Below, piece after piece: positions 19,067 through 29,261 of a stretch of DNA of 51,277 nucleotides. The notes below the pieces were generated by a model that was not told where the DNA came from, searched no databases, and saw only the letters and a program-made list of their open reading frames with translations. The DNA is taken from contig JBHLON010000025.1 in NCBI GenBank assembly GCA_048940445.1, forward strand, positions 1 through 51,277, given 5' to 3'. Position numbers and translations under genes: made by a program. The stretch's first letter is position 1. The number at the start of each line of letters is the position of its first letter. The stretch is from Promethearchaeota archaeon (GTDB lineage Archaea; Asgardarchaeota; Lokiarchaeia; Sigyniarchaeales; SOKP01).

Positions 19067-21040
19067 CTATATTTTTACAAATAAATGGAGAACAGCACTT
19101 ATTCCAAGAGCATTAGATACAACAGCGGAAAAAAACAATTGAATAATTATAAATGAGCTTAGAATTACAGAACCAAATGACTTTGTGTGCTGAAAAATAA
19201 TTGTATTTTGAATAACCACAATTAATAGGATTAAATAAGTAAATATTACAGAAGGAAAGAAAGCCCATGACCACGTTAAAGACATTAGATTTATTTGTAC
19301 ATAAATAGCTAAAATGATTATTATTTTAGATTTTGACCATTCATTTTTAATAAAGCCTAAATGAGGATAGATTACTTTCCTATATAAGATTTCCATAGAA
19401 AAGTAAACAGGAAATGCTGTAATTGATCCTATAACAAAATTAAGATAATTAGATGGCCACATAAAAGCAAATGGATAAAAAAAGGAAAAAATTAGATAAA
19501 TGAGAATAAAATACAATGAACAAACTGTAGAATATATGAAATACTTATAATGAATCTTGAATCTGAAAATATTTTTTAAATCAGTTTTAATATCAGCTCT
19601 TCTTTTTCTTTTAAGATAAATTCTCAATCCAAATATCGCAATAGTAATTGTTATAACAGTTAATGACATAAGGATAACACTAACTGGGATGATATAACTA
19701 TATAATGGATTAGATGGTGAGAATAAGAAAATAAAATAAACTATAACAAAATAAGCGGAATATATTAATAAAAAGATTAGTATCCTTAAACTAACTTGCG
19801 TTTCAAGGAGTTCTTTTAATTTAATTTTTCCTATATCTGCCTTATATTTTCTCAGATAAATTAAAGACTCAATAATTCCATATATTAACAGAATATTAAG
19901 TGAAGCAAGGAAAATCCCTGGGAGCCCAAAAATCCTTTCAAACAATTCCCAGTTCAAAATAAATATAGCTAAATAGAAAATGATTTTTATAATTGTAATG
20001 AAGATTTTATGTTTAGGAAATTGTTCTTCTATCTCAGGTTTTAATATATCATCAATATACTGATTTTTTTCTTCTTTATTCCTAAACCTTTTTTCTTTAG
20101 CGAAAAATTTTGAAGAATAAGAAATTAATAATAAGATTATCAAAAATAGAAGACCTAAAGTAATAAAGATTACTACATAGTTTATATAATAAGTAATAAA
20201 AATTGGTCCATTAATACTAAGAGACCCAAAAAAATTTGTTTCAAACCATTGAATTGAATCAATGATTACAACATCATCAAGTAATTGATGACCGCCACCT
20301 ATTAAGGGCCATGTTATGTTTATAACTTCACAACCTGTTAAATTTTTAGCTACTAACGCTTGATCCTCGAAATCTAACATCTCATCATATACATGCATAA
20401 TTATAAGCAGGTTATGTGTATTACTTGTGTTTAAAAGATTCACAGGGATATATTTTGCGTATTCAGTTATTTGATAAATTCCAAGTTGTTGAGGATCAAA
20501 ATTAACTAATGGCGCCCAAGCAACGGTTATATTGAAACGAGGATCAAGTGCTTGATTCATAAGAACAACCATTCCTCCGAGCGAATGTCCAATTAATCCA
20601 ATTTGGGAAGTATTAACATCTGAATAAAAAGGCATTGCTTCTAATTTATCTAAGAGTCTGGAACAATCTTGTGCTAATGCAGGAATTCCGCTTGGATCTA
20701 TATCAGTTATACTACCCCCACTTTCTCCGTGACCATGATAATCTAATGCAGCAACGTAAAAACCACGTTTAGTTAATTCTATTGGGATTCTTAAATCAAA
20801 ATCTCTCTGACTCCCAATTCCATGACAGTATATAACTAAAGGTCTATTAGATTGAAAATCTAAGTTTCTTGAAGGATAGTATAAATTCGCATATAAAGTA
20901 GCACCACTTGATTGAAATTCTACTCTTTCATACTTATAATAGCTTAAACTTCTATTAATGTTCAAATATACTAATGATGCTATCAATAATCCAATTAAGA
21001 TTAAAATCCGTTTGAAAAACTTAATATCTTTCTTATCCAT
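19067..21040 (-). CDS. Membrane-anchored alpha/beta hydrolase with a multi-TM C-terminal domain
   Basis: N-terminal signal/TM helix; HG oxyanion motif, GHGES, GHSLGG nucleophile and GGGH; about 10 C-terminal hydrophobic helices. Confidence 0.8.
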   Translation of the reverse strand: MDKKDIKFFKRILILIGLLIASLVYLNINRSLSYYKYERVEFQSSGATLYANLYYPSRNLDFQSNRPLVIYCHGIGSQRDFDLRIPIELTKRGFYVAALDYHGHGESGGSITDIDPSGIPALAQDCSRLLDKLEAMPFYSDVNTSQIGLIGHSLGGMVVLMNQALDPRFNITVAWAPLVNFDPQQLGIYQITEYAKYIPVNLLNTSNTHNLLIIMHVYDEMLDFEDQALVAKNLTGCEVINITWPLIGGGHQLLDDVVIIDSIQWFETNFFGSLSINGPIFITYYINYVVIFITLGLLFLIILLLISYSSKFFAKEKRFRNKEEKNQYIDDILKPEIEEQFPKHKIFITIIKIIFYLAIFILNWELFERIFGLPGIFLASLNILLIYGIIESLIYLRKYKADIGKIKLKELLETQVSLRILIFLLIYSAYFVIVYFIFLFSPSNPLYSYIIPVSVILMSLTVITITIAIFGLRIYLKRKRRADIKTDLKNIFRFKIHYKYFIYSTVCSLYFILIYLIFSFFYPFAFMWPSNYLNFVIGSITAFPVYFSMEILYRKVIYPHLGFIKNEWSKSKIIIILAIYVQINLMSLTWSWAFFPSVIFTYLILLIVVIQNTIIFQHTKSFGSVILSSFIIIQLFFSAVVSNALGISAVLHLFVKI

Positions 21041-21159
21041 CTTTAATAATTTATTTTGGGATTTAAAATATTTAATCTTTTAAATTTTCAAAATCCCATT
21101 TCCCTAAAAAATTAATAATAAGAAAATTTTTTGTGATTAAAGCTCTAAAAATTAAAGTC

Positions 21160-21702
21160 ATGTCTGAAGACCAAAAACGTCAACTAATATTTAAAATTGT
21201 TATATTAGGAGATAGTGCGGTAGGAAAAACTTCTCTAATAAATCAATATATCCAACATTCTTTTGAAACTGATTATAAACCTTCTTTAGGTGTAAACATT
21301 GTTATAAAGGAGCTAGATCTAGTTGATCTTAATGCTAAAATCCGTTTAATATTATGGGATATAGCTGGTCAAACAAAATATGATCTATCGCGTAATTTAT
21401 TTTTCCAAGGTTCTCAAGGAGCTTTCATAGTTTATGATATGACTCGCCCTAAAACTTTTGAAAATGTTAGGGAAAAATGGTTGAATGATCTACAGAAATT
21501 TGCCAAAAAGGATTTGGAATTTCATCTAATTGGAAATAAAAACGATTTGACAGATTTGAAAAAAATCTCTACCGAAAAAGGTGAAAAATTAGCAAAAAAG
21601 TTAAAAGCTAATTATTTCATTGAAACAAGTGCTAAGTCAGGGGAAAACGTAGAAGAAGCATTCGAAAAGTTAGTTTACGCAATATTAGAAAGAAAAAAGT
21701 AA
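21160..21702 (+). CDS. Ras-superfamily (Rab-like) small GTPase
   Basis: G1 GDSAVGKT, G3 WDIAGQ, G4 NKND, G5 ETSAK. Likely ATG at 21160 (ORF track GTG 21133). Confidence 0.93.
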   Translation: MSEDQKRQLIFKIVILGDSAVGKTSLINQYIQHSFETDYKPSLGVNIVIKELDLVDLNAKIRLILWDIAGQTKYDLSRNLFFQGSQGAFIVYDMTRPKTFENVREKWLNDLQKFAKKDLEFHLIGNKNDLTDLKKISTEKGEKLAKKLKANYFIETSAKSGENVEEAFEKLVYAILERKK

Positions 21703-21713
21703 TATATTTTGTT

Positions 21714-21959
21714 TTATTTGATAAATTCTTTCATAACCATATGGGTATTTGAAATCGTGATGCCATTGATCATATCGATTTTATTGGCAAAAATTTCATA
21801 TAATTCTTCAGGAGTTTCTACTATGATTTCAGCTAATGCATCATAATCTCCTGTCAATGACATGATTTTGGTAATTTGAGAGATTTTTTTTAATTCCTCA
21901 ATAACTGATTTAATTACACTGATTCCCAATTTAAATAATATAATTGCTTTAATTACCAT
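21714..21959 (-). CDS. Stand-alone Lrp/AsnC ligand-binding (RAM) domain protein
   Basis: 81 aa with TGDYD signature and beta-alpha-beta-beta-alpha-beta pattern; GGAGGAG RBS. Confidence 0.85.
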   Translation of the reverse strand: MVIKAIILFKLGISVIKSVIEELKKISQITKIMSLTGDYDALAEIIVETPEELYEIFANKIDMINGITISNTHMVMKEFIK

Positions 21960-21973
21960 TTAATTTCTCCTCC

Positions 21974-23278
21974 TTATATTATTATTTTTTCTATTTGATT
22001 TGCAAATAAAATTTCTATATTTTGAATATCTCTTAATGGTTTTAATCTTGTATTTATTAAGTCATAAAAATCTTTAATTGAACTGATCTTCACATTCAAG
22101 AGCAGATCACTAGCCCCAATTAGAGCATATGTGGAAGTAACTCCATAATATTTAAAGACACGCAAAGCAACTTTATTCATTGAACCCCTATGAATCTTTA
22201 ATAATAAGACAGCTTGAACTAAATTCTTTACTTCATGGGAATATCTAAGTATCACTGTAGTAATTATTAAAAAGACTACAATTATTAAAAGTTCTAAAGG
22301 AAAGTATTCATTCACGAAAATAACAGAAAATATAATTGAACCCATAGGATCGATTAGGTTTAGGATGCTATTCCATTGACTATAAGTCAGACTTTCCGAT
22401 TTCCAATTAACATTAGCAATAAAGACTAAAAGATATGGTATAATCGTTGAAAAGATAATTAAAAAAATAATTTCCCATCTGCCTAAAATCGAGAATAAAT
22501 TTGGGAATTGCTCGAAAAATTTTACTATTTCATAGGTTAAATCAGTCTCTATTGGTAACAGATAAATAATAAAAATAAGTGGAATCATAAAAATTATTCC
22601 GATTAAGAAAGAAAATGCCATCTTAATGAGAAATCTCGGAATTTTATAATATTTATTTTCATTGATCTGGGTAGTTTCATATTTAGAATATGCATCTCTA
22701 TTGATACTGATATAAAGGAATGAAATAGTAACTGAAAAAATTAACAGATAAATGATACCATTTAACCTAATCGGTGTTCCTGTACTTCCTACAAATATTA
22801 GCAGAACTATGGTGAACAATAGAATTATAATGTAAAGTGCCTTAAATATATCAAATTTTTTAAAATTCACACCTTTTTCATAGAGCGCGATCAAAATAAT
22901 GCTGAGGAGAAAACCAACCATAGTAAATGTTATAGAAGTCACTTTTAGAGTTAAAAAGAAAAATATTATTTGAAGAATTATCCCAAAGAACCCAAGATAT
23001 GCGTAATAGGATATATTCTTTGTACCAAAAAATCTTCTATTTTTATGAAATAGGGTTTTAAATAGAAATCTAAGTGAAATTGATTTATTCTTAGTTAATT
23101 TATTATTAATAAGTACTAGGAACACCACCAACACTAGTAATACAAAACCAGAAATTAAAAATCTTAGAAAGATTACCATAATAATCGATACTTCTAAAAA
23201 TAATTTAGAAACTACTATTGGAATGAAACTCCATAACAAATTCGCCACTATTATGTTAATAATGAGTTTGTTTTTCAT
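21974..23278 (-). CDS. DMT/EamA-like 10-TM transporter fused to a C-terminal Lrp/AsnC RAM domain
   Basis: LLWSxxP and FLRFLISG in the first helices, LIDP in the second repeat; C-terminal about 80 aa with ALIGASDLLL resembles the adjacent RAM protein. Confidence 0.7.
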   Translation of the reverse strand: MKNKLIINIIVANLLWSFIPIVVSKLFLEVSIIMVIFLRFLISGFVLLVLVVFLVLINNKLTKNKSISLRFLFKTLFHKNRRFFGTKNISYYAYLGFFGIILQIIFFFLTLKVTSITFTMVGFLLSIILIALYEKGVNFKKFDIFKALYIIILLFTIVLLIFVGSTGTPIRLNGIIYLLIFSVTISFLYISINRDAYSKYETTQINENKYYKIPRFLIKMAFSFLIGIIFMIPLIFIIYLLPIETDLTYEIVKFFEQFPNLFSILGRWEIIFLIIFSTIIPYLLVFIANVNWKSESLTYSQWNSILNLIDPMGSIIFSVIFVNEYFPLELLIIVVFLIITTVILRYSHEVKNLVQAVLLLKIHRGSMNKVALRVFKYYGVTSTYALIGASDLLLNVKISSIKDFYDLINTRLKPLRDIQNIEILFANQIEKIII

Positions 23279-23484
23279 GTATCCAAATCATTTTTAGATT
23301 TTACTGTATTATATAAATAAATAAAGATTATAGAATTTCTTAAAATATGAATCTTGTTGTTTAAGCTTTTTACAGAATCCCATCAGTTTCCCAAGTTCTT
23401 TTATTTCAGAAAATCGAAAACTTTAATCTTAAATATGATTTATAATTTAATGAATTTCTTGAAAAAAGAGAATTGTGAAATTAT

Positions 23485-24744
23485 ATGCCAAGTTCAAAAG
23501 ATTATATCGAAATGGATCATATTTATTGTGCTCACAATTATCATCCCATTCCTGTCGTGATCTCTAAAGCAGAAGGAGTTTGGGTATTTGATCCTGAAGG
23601 AAATAAGTATTTAGACTGCTTATCTGCGTATTCGAGCCAAAACACTGGACATTGTCATCCTGAGATAATAAAAGCACTAAAAGAACAGGCTGATAAAGTT
23701 ACACTTACATCTCGTGCATTTCATAATGATATGATGGGGCCATTTTTAAAGAAATTATGTGAAGTCGTAGGTCCTCATATTAATGACCCAAAAAAGACAG
23801 GAATTATGGCTTTACCGATGAACACAGGCACAGAGGCTGTTGAGACAGGGCTAAAAGTCTGTAGAGCGTGGGGCTATATAAAAAAGAAAATTCCAAAGGA
23901 TCAAGCTCAAATTATAGTATGTAGAGATAACTTTCATGGGAGATCCATTACCATTGTTGGCATTAGTACCGACATTTCGACCGTAAAGTATTATGGTAAT
24001 TTTGGACCATACACTCCAGGTTTTTCCATAATTCCATACGGAGATGCAGAAGAATTACAGAATAAAATCTTAGAGTTAGGTCCAGAAAGAGTAGCCGGTT
24101 TTCTTTTTGAACCTGTACAAGGAGAAGCAGGAGTTAAAGTTCCTCCAGAAGGATATGTAAGAAAAGTTAGAGAGATTTGTAATAAGTATAATATTTTAAT
24201 GATAGCTGACGAAATTCAAACTGGCTTCGGAAGAACGGGAGAATTATTCGCTTGTGATCATGAAAATGTAAAACCTGATATGCATCTATTAGGTAAAGCT
24301 TTAGGTGGTGGTGTATATCCTGTTTCTGCTGTAGTAACTAATAAAGATATTATTGGGCCAGATGTTATTAAACCTGGAACACACGGTTCAACATTTGGAG
24401 GTAATCCAATTGCAGCCGCAGTGGGGATTAAATCACTTGAAGTTCATATTGAAGATCATTTAGCGCAGAGAGCGAAAGAAAATGGGGCATATTTTTTGGA
24501 AGGCTTAAGGAAAATCATTACCAAAGGTCCAAAAATTCCTATAAAAGAAGTTAGAGGAAAAGGTTTATTGATTGCTATAGAATTTAAAGCAAATGCTAGA
24601 CATATTGTAGAAGAATTAAAAGATAACGGTATTTTAGCTAAAGATACTCACTCCACAATTATTAGGTTTGCCCCACCTCTCGTTATCACAAAGGAACAAA
24701 TAGATTGGGCGTTAAAAGTAATAGAAAAAGTCCTAATTAAATGA
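23485..24744 (+). CDS. rocD: Ornithine--oxo-acid aminotransferase
   Basis: AHNYHPIP, LSAYS, LTSRAF, NTGxEAVET, FHGR, EPVQGEAG, DEIQTG, LGKALGGG and HGSTFGGNP. Confidence 0.93.
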   Translation: MPSSKDYIEMDHIYCAHNYHPIPVVISKAEGVWVFDPEGNKYLDCLSAYSSQNTGHCHPEIIKALKEQADKVTLTSRAFHNDMMGPFLKKLCEVVGPHINDPKKTGIMALPMNTGTEAVETGLKVCRAWGYIKKKIPKDQAQIIVCRDNFHGRSITIVGISTDISTVKYYGNFGPYTPGFSIIPYGDAEELQNKILELGPERVAGFLFEPVQGEAGVKVPPEGYVRKVREICNKYNILMIADEIQTGFGRTGELFACDHENVKPDMHLLGKALGGGVYPVSAVVTNKDIIGPDVIKPGTHGSTFGGNPIAAAVGIKSLEVHIEDHLAQRAKENGAYFLEGLRKIITKGPKIPIKEVRGKGLLIAIEFKANARHIVEELKDNGILAKDTHSTIIRFAPPLVITKEQIDWALKVIEKVLIK

Positions 24745-24840
24745 ATATGTAATCATTTTTTTTTAATAAAGTAATTAATTAAAAAAATTTGTAATTAGAA
24801 AATAATATAATGTATAAGAGATTTCTTCAAGCGGTCAATT

Positions 24841-25140
24841 ATGTCTGTTAATGAAGTGTGGAAATTAGAAATGAAGAATCCTTTTAGTACACAAAAAGCT
24901 ACCTTGTACATCTCTATTATAGGTAATACGGTCAGTGGTAGAATGGAACGACGTAACGAAACTAGTGATATCATTGATGCAAAGATTGATGGTGACACAT
25001 TGATGTGGAAAGCTTCGAGAAAATTTTTAACATTTGAATTCAAAGCAAAAATTGATGGCGACACAATGTCGGGTACAGTAAAAAGCCGTCTTGGTAAAGC
25101 GTCACTCAAGGGAACGAGAATTGTCCACGAGATTTCCTAA
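24841..25140 (+). CDS. Small beta-rich hypothetical protein
   Basis: 99 aa with internal repeat AKIDGDT(L/M) x2. Confidence 0.6.
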   Translation: MSVNEVWKLEMKNPFSTQKATLYISIIGNTVSGRMERRNETSDIIDAKIDGDTLMWKASRKFLTFEFKAKIDGDTMSGTVKSRLGKASLKGTRIVHEIS

Positions 25141-25192
25141 TAATAAGTGAATAAACTTCAGTTCATATTCATGATGTTTAGTATTGTTTAAT

Positions 25193-25400
25193 TTAACCAT
25201 TTTCATCTATATATAAGTGAGTTCCAGCTTCTCCTTTTAATGCATCTTTAGTCTTATCAATAGAAGTGATAATCACTCGTTTGCCAACAATTTGAAGAAA
25301 ATTCACAACTGCTTGAACTTTAGGGGCCCATGTTTCCAGCTGGAAATTGATTCTCTTCCAAGTATCTAATTGCATCTTTAATTGATATTTTATCAAAAAA
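25193..25400 (-). pseudogene. arcC: Frameshifted 3' remnant of a carbamate kinase gene
   Basis: Minus strand reads FDKISIKDAIRYLEENQFPAGNMGP, then an extra C near 25321-25327, then KVQAVVNFL...IITSIDKTKDALKGEAGT. This aligns with LDKLSITEAKNYMKEGHFPAGSMGPKVQAIVNFL...ITSIEKIKDALDGKAGT of the intact gene at 28161-29066. Confidence 0.85.
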
Positions 25401-25500
25401 AAGCACTTATTAAATAAGTAAAAATGTTAGAAGAAGCTTTCAGATTAAAAAAAATAAAAATTTTGAAATAAGATTTAAGTTTGCTTTAGATCTTATTTCA

Positions 25501-28032
25501 TTATTTATAAAATTTAAAGTATAAATATGTCACCGTTTCTTTTACTTTCCAGATATCATAAAAACTATATCTCATCGGTTTATAAGTCCAGGTCTCGTAC
25601 AATTCAAGTTGGTCATAAGCATGATTGTATTCAAAAAGGGGATTAATAAATCCACTTTGACCAGGTGGAATTACATTATACGCATAAGGAGCGCGACTCC
25701 AGTATTTATGATACCATTTATGTTTTGGCATTTCTACAATTTGATTATATGTACCGCGATTCATATAATGCATTACTGGTTTAGGTAGAGCCCCAAGTTG
25801 GCTGGGCCACCATTGTATGACGGGTGTAAGCCAAGTTAACATATCTGGTCCGTATTCATCTGTTAAATTCCCAATAGCCCATTTTAAAACTCTTAAGATT
25901 ACCGTATTTCTATCTTCTCCATTGAGATAATCATAATTCAAGGGTAATTTCGATTCAGGTCCATCAAAAACATGGATAATCGTACTTGGCCATACAGAAG
26001 CAAATTCACGATGAATAGGTCCTATTGGAGGATATGGTGGAAGATCATCATCAAAAACTTCGTCAAAAATCATCGCGTACCATGCATCAAATATAGTTAA
26101 GCCAGGATCATCATAAGTTGCGTCAAAACTTGGCCACTGAGGCGCTTCATAATCATTATAATGATGATTCCAAGCCTCTAAATAAGGTAAGGCAGCTACA
26201 ATATCAGGATCACTGGATCCACTAGCAGCTTCAAGGACATAACTCAATAAATTCATACCTGGAATATGATTATAACCAGCATCCATGACAACTGAATTCA
26301 TATCATCCCATGTTATATCATCCATTGTAGATAGTAGTTGCATGATCCTCTTAACACGATGGCCTTCACCCCATCCAGCATCAGATTCCCCATAAGGCCA
26401 ATTTGTTATGGGTTTATTATTCCAATTAGCAAGCCATCCCTGTTCAGGATTTATGCAGATTGGCATTTCATCTGGACCAGTAACACCTACCCATTCTTCT
26501 TCTCCGGTTCCCCATAATGGAAATCTATCATCTATAACTCTCCCATCCTTTCCTGTTTCAGGCTTAATAGGAAATGTACCTGCATGCCAATAACCAATAT
26601 TTCCTTTATTATCTACCCAATAAAAATTATGAGCTGGCGTAACTAATTTACAAGCTTCATTAAAATCATATATATTTTTTGATTGTTGGAACATTGACCA
26701 TCCTTCTTCTGCTGCTAATTCATCTTTAAAGTAAGGGGTTTTCATTGTAAAACAAAGATGATTATCTTCATCCCATCCGATAATTGGTCCATGAATTGTT
26801 CGATATACGTCTCGTTCTTCATAGTAGGATTTAAGAGGTCCATAAATCTTTTCGACTCTTTTTTCCATGTCAACCCATCCACCATTATACCAATATTGAG
26901 TATGATCTTCTGGATTTAAGACTTCAATATAAGTGTCCATTACATCAGAAACGCCTGTCGTTGACGTCCAAGCACCATATAAGCTTGCTCCAATTAAGAT
27001 GGTTGGAGCATGTGGCATCATCATACCCACAGCATCAATTCCAGCACCATGTAATCCCATTTCAAGCACGATTTGAGGAATAGATTGCCCCATTTGGGGA
27101 CCACCCACCTCTAGGGCATTTCTTGTAGCTGATTTACTCGGATCTACCATAAATGCATTACTTCCAAACTTAGTCGGCAACCCTAATGAATCAAATAACT
27201 CTGTTTGCCCCATCTGAATTTTATTATATTCTTGATACACTTTTGATATGCTATTTTGAAGATCAATAGACATACAGGGGGGATTTATATTAATGCTCTG
27301 TACATCTGGCCAAACTGCTTCCTCTATAGGGATTGTAACTTCTGCTCCTGGATCATTTTGGGGAAAATGATCATTAAAAACTCCCCAAGCAATATCAGAA
27401 TCCTTAAATTCTTCCTCTAACGCCATTAATGCTGTTGCATAACTTAATTCGTCCCCACCACATCCACCAAACCGCCAAGCCATCATGACAACAATAGCAA
27501 CACAATCCTCAATCGTGAAAGGTTCAATGGGAAGGCCATAATAATAGTATTCGGCTGGCATTAAAGATGGATCTCCATTGTTATATGCTTCCATTATTTC
27601 ATCTATATGATAATTAATACCCTCCACGTAAGCTAACATCATTTCTTTCAACTTAGCCTTAGGATCTTTTGGTTCCCATTTATCAAATATCTCTTTCAAT
27701 TCTTCTCTACTATATCCCATACTTCTAGTGTAATAATCTGATTCTAAAGTTGCCAAACCAAATTCAGCAAGACTTCCAAAGGCTTGTCTTCGATATAAAT
27801 CAGCTTGCCATAATCTATCTTGAGCTACAGCATAACCACAGCCAAATGCTAATTTCTCCTTACTATTAGCAAAAATATGAGGTACTCCATAATCGTCTCG
27901 GACAATGGTTACATTGTATTTTATTTTTTTCCCTTTTCCTTTACATGCATCAGTTGAATCAAAATAAATAAATGGTATCATCATAAGTATCATCGATACA
28001 CATAATATACAAGCGTATAGTTTCTTGTTCAT
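25501..28032 (-). CDS. Penicillin acylase family Ntn hydrolase, secreted or membrane-anchored
   Basis: N-terminal signal helix; RDDYGVPHI, AQDRLWQ, beta-chain start G|SNA, RTIHGP, GNIGY, NWNNKP, NRGT and PPGQSG. Confidence 0.92.
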   Translation of the reverse strand: MNKKLYACILCVSMILMMIPFIYFDSTDACKGKGKKIKYNVTIVRDDYGVPHIFANSKEKLAFGCGYAVAQDRLWQADLYRRQAFGSLAEFGLATLESDYYTRSMGYSREELKEIFDKWEPKDPKAKLKEMMLAYVEGINYHIDEIMEAYNNGDPSLMPAEYYYYGLPIEPFTIEDCVAIVVMMAWRFGGCGGDELSYATALMALEEEFKDSDIAWGVFNDHFPQNDPGAEVTIPIEEAVWPDVQSININPPCMSIDLQNSISKVYQEYNKIQMGQTELFDSLGLPTKFGSNAFMVDPSKSATRNALEVGGPQMGQSIPQIVLEMGLHGAGIDAVGMMMPHAPTILIGASLYGAWTSTTGVSDVMDTYIEVLNPEDHTQYWYNGGWVDMEKRVEKIYGPLKSYYEERDVYRTIHGPIIGWDEDNHLCFTMKTPYFKDELAAEEGWSMFQQSKNIYDFNEACKLVTPAHNFYWVDNKGNIGYWHAGTFPIKPETGKDGRVIDDRFPLWGTGEEEWVGVTGPDEMPICINPEQGWLANWNNKPITNWPYGESDAGWGEGHRVKRIMQLLSTMDDITWDDMNSVVMDAGYNHIPGMNLLSYVLEAASGSSDPDIVAALPYLEAWNHHYNDYEAPQWPSFDATYDDPGLTIFDAWYAMIFDEVFDDDLPPYPPIGPIHREFASVWPSTIIHVFDGPESKLPLNYDYLNGEDRNTVILRVLKWAIGNLTDEYGPDMLTWLTPVIQWWPSQLGALPKPVMHYMNRGTYNQIVEMPKHKWYHKYWSRAPYAYNVIPPGQSGFINPLFEYNHAYDQLELYETWTYKPMRYSFYDIWKVKETVTYLYFKFYK

Positions 28033-28160
28033 TCTTAATCACTTTTTAAAATTTTTTAATATTTAGATTGGATTCAGATACTTTTTTGTCGATTTTATAT
28101 TTAAATCTTTCTATCCACTAGCTTAAGGTCATAAAATAAGCGTTTTTTTCCGATAAATAT

Positions 28161-29066
28161 TCAAAAACAAAAAATTGTCCCAGCTTTTCCATCTAATGCA
28201 TCTTTAATCTTTTCAATAGATGTAATTACCCCTAACTCTCCACCAGATTCTAAGAAATTAACGATTGCTTGAACTTTTGGTCCCATACTTCCTGCAGGAA
28301 AATGCCCTTCTTTCATATAATTCTTTGCTTCCGTGATTGAAAGTTTGTCAAGGTATCGATAATTTATAGTTCCATAATTCAGTGCGACTTTTTCTACATC
28401 TGTGGCTATTATTAAAGTATCTGCTTCAATTTGTTCTGCTAATTTTGCGCTAGCTAAATCTTTATCAATAACAGCTTCAACACCTCGAAATCTACTTCCT
28501 TCTTTGACTACGGGAATACCTCCACCTCCACAAGCAATCACGATAAAGTTTAACTCCATTAACTTTTTAATTTCTCTCCATTGTACAATTCTTTTTGGTC
28601 TTGGGGATGCTACTACCCGCCTCCAACCTTTCGATGTTTTGACATAACCAACTCTTTTACGTGTATATGATGGTCCAATTGGTTTAGTTGGATGTTTAAA
28701 AGCACGATCATGAGGGTCTACTTCCACATAAGTCAAAACTGTGAGAAAATATTTTTCAGTGTCAATTCCGAGCTCCATAAGTTCTTCATCTAATGTTGTT
28801 TCAATAAGAAACCCTATTTGACCCTGTGTTTCTGCAACTAAAATTTCTAATGGCATTTCAATAACCTCTTTTGTTGCTTCTTGTTGGAGTAAAAGAGCAC
28901 CAACCTGAGGACCATTCCCATGGGTGATTATAATGTTATATTCCCTCGATAATTCAGCGATTTGTCTTATAGGAGCTCTTAGATTAGTAAGCATTTGCTC
29001 AGCTGTTCCCTTTTCTCCTGGTTTAATAAGAGCGTTTCCTCCAAGAGCAACTATTAATGTTTTCAT
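28161..29066 (-). CDS. arcC: Carbamate kinase
   Basis: ALGGNAL, THGNGPQVG, PTKPIGP, GWRRVVASP, GGGGIPV, VIDKD and GSMGPK. Confidence 0.95.
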   Translation of the reverse strand: MKTLIVALGGNALIKPGEKGTAEQMLTNLRAPIRQIAELSREYNIIITHGNGPQVGALLLQQEATKEVIEMPLEILVAETQGQIGFLIETTLDEELMELGIDTEKYFLTVLTYVEVDPHDRAFKHPTKPIGPSYTRKRVGYVKTSKGWRRVVASPRPKRIVQWREIKKLMELNFIVIACGGGGIPVVKEGSRFRGVEAVIDKDLASAKLAEQIEADTLIIATDVEKVALNYGTINYRYLDKLSITEAKNYMKEGHFPAGSMGPKVQAIVNFLESGGELGVITSIEKIKDALDGKAGTIFCF

Positions 29067-29190
29067 GATTCGTCTTTAATGAGAAATTTTGAATTCAATA
29101 AATTGAGTTATATTTGACTATTCGAAAAAATAATTTAGTTTTTATATTTTTAAAAATTTTTTGATTGTTACAAAATTTTCAAATTCCTAC

Positions 29191-29205
29191 TTTTTCCTTT
29201 AAATA
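29191..29205 (+). promoter_or_regulatory. TATA box with pyrimidine-rich upstream element (TTTTTCC-TTTAAATA)
   Basis: Lies in a divergent intergenic region, 56 nt before ATG 29262. Confidence 0.4.
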
Positions 29206-29261
29206 TCCTTATCCTAAATCTTCTCTATATACTCTAATACAATAAAATAAGGTTAAGAAAT

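Noticed and set aside
25193-25396. 67-aa ORF as a real protein
   Set aside because: It is a chimeric reading of the frameshifted arcC remnant.
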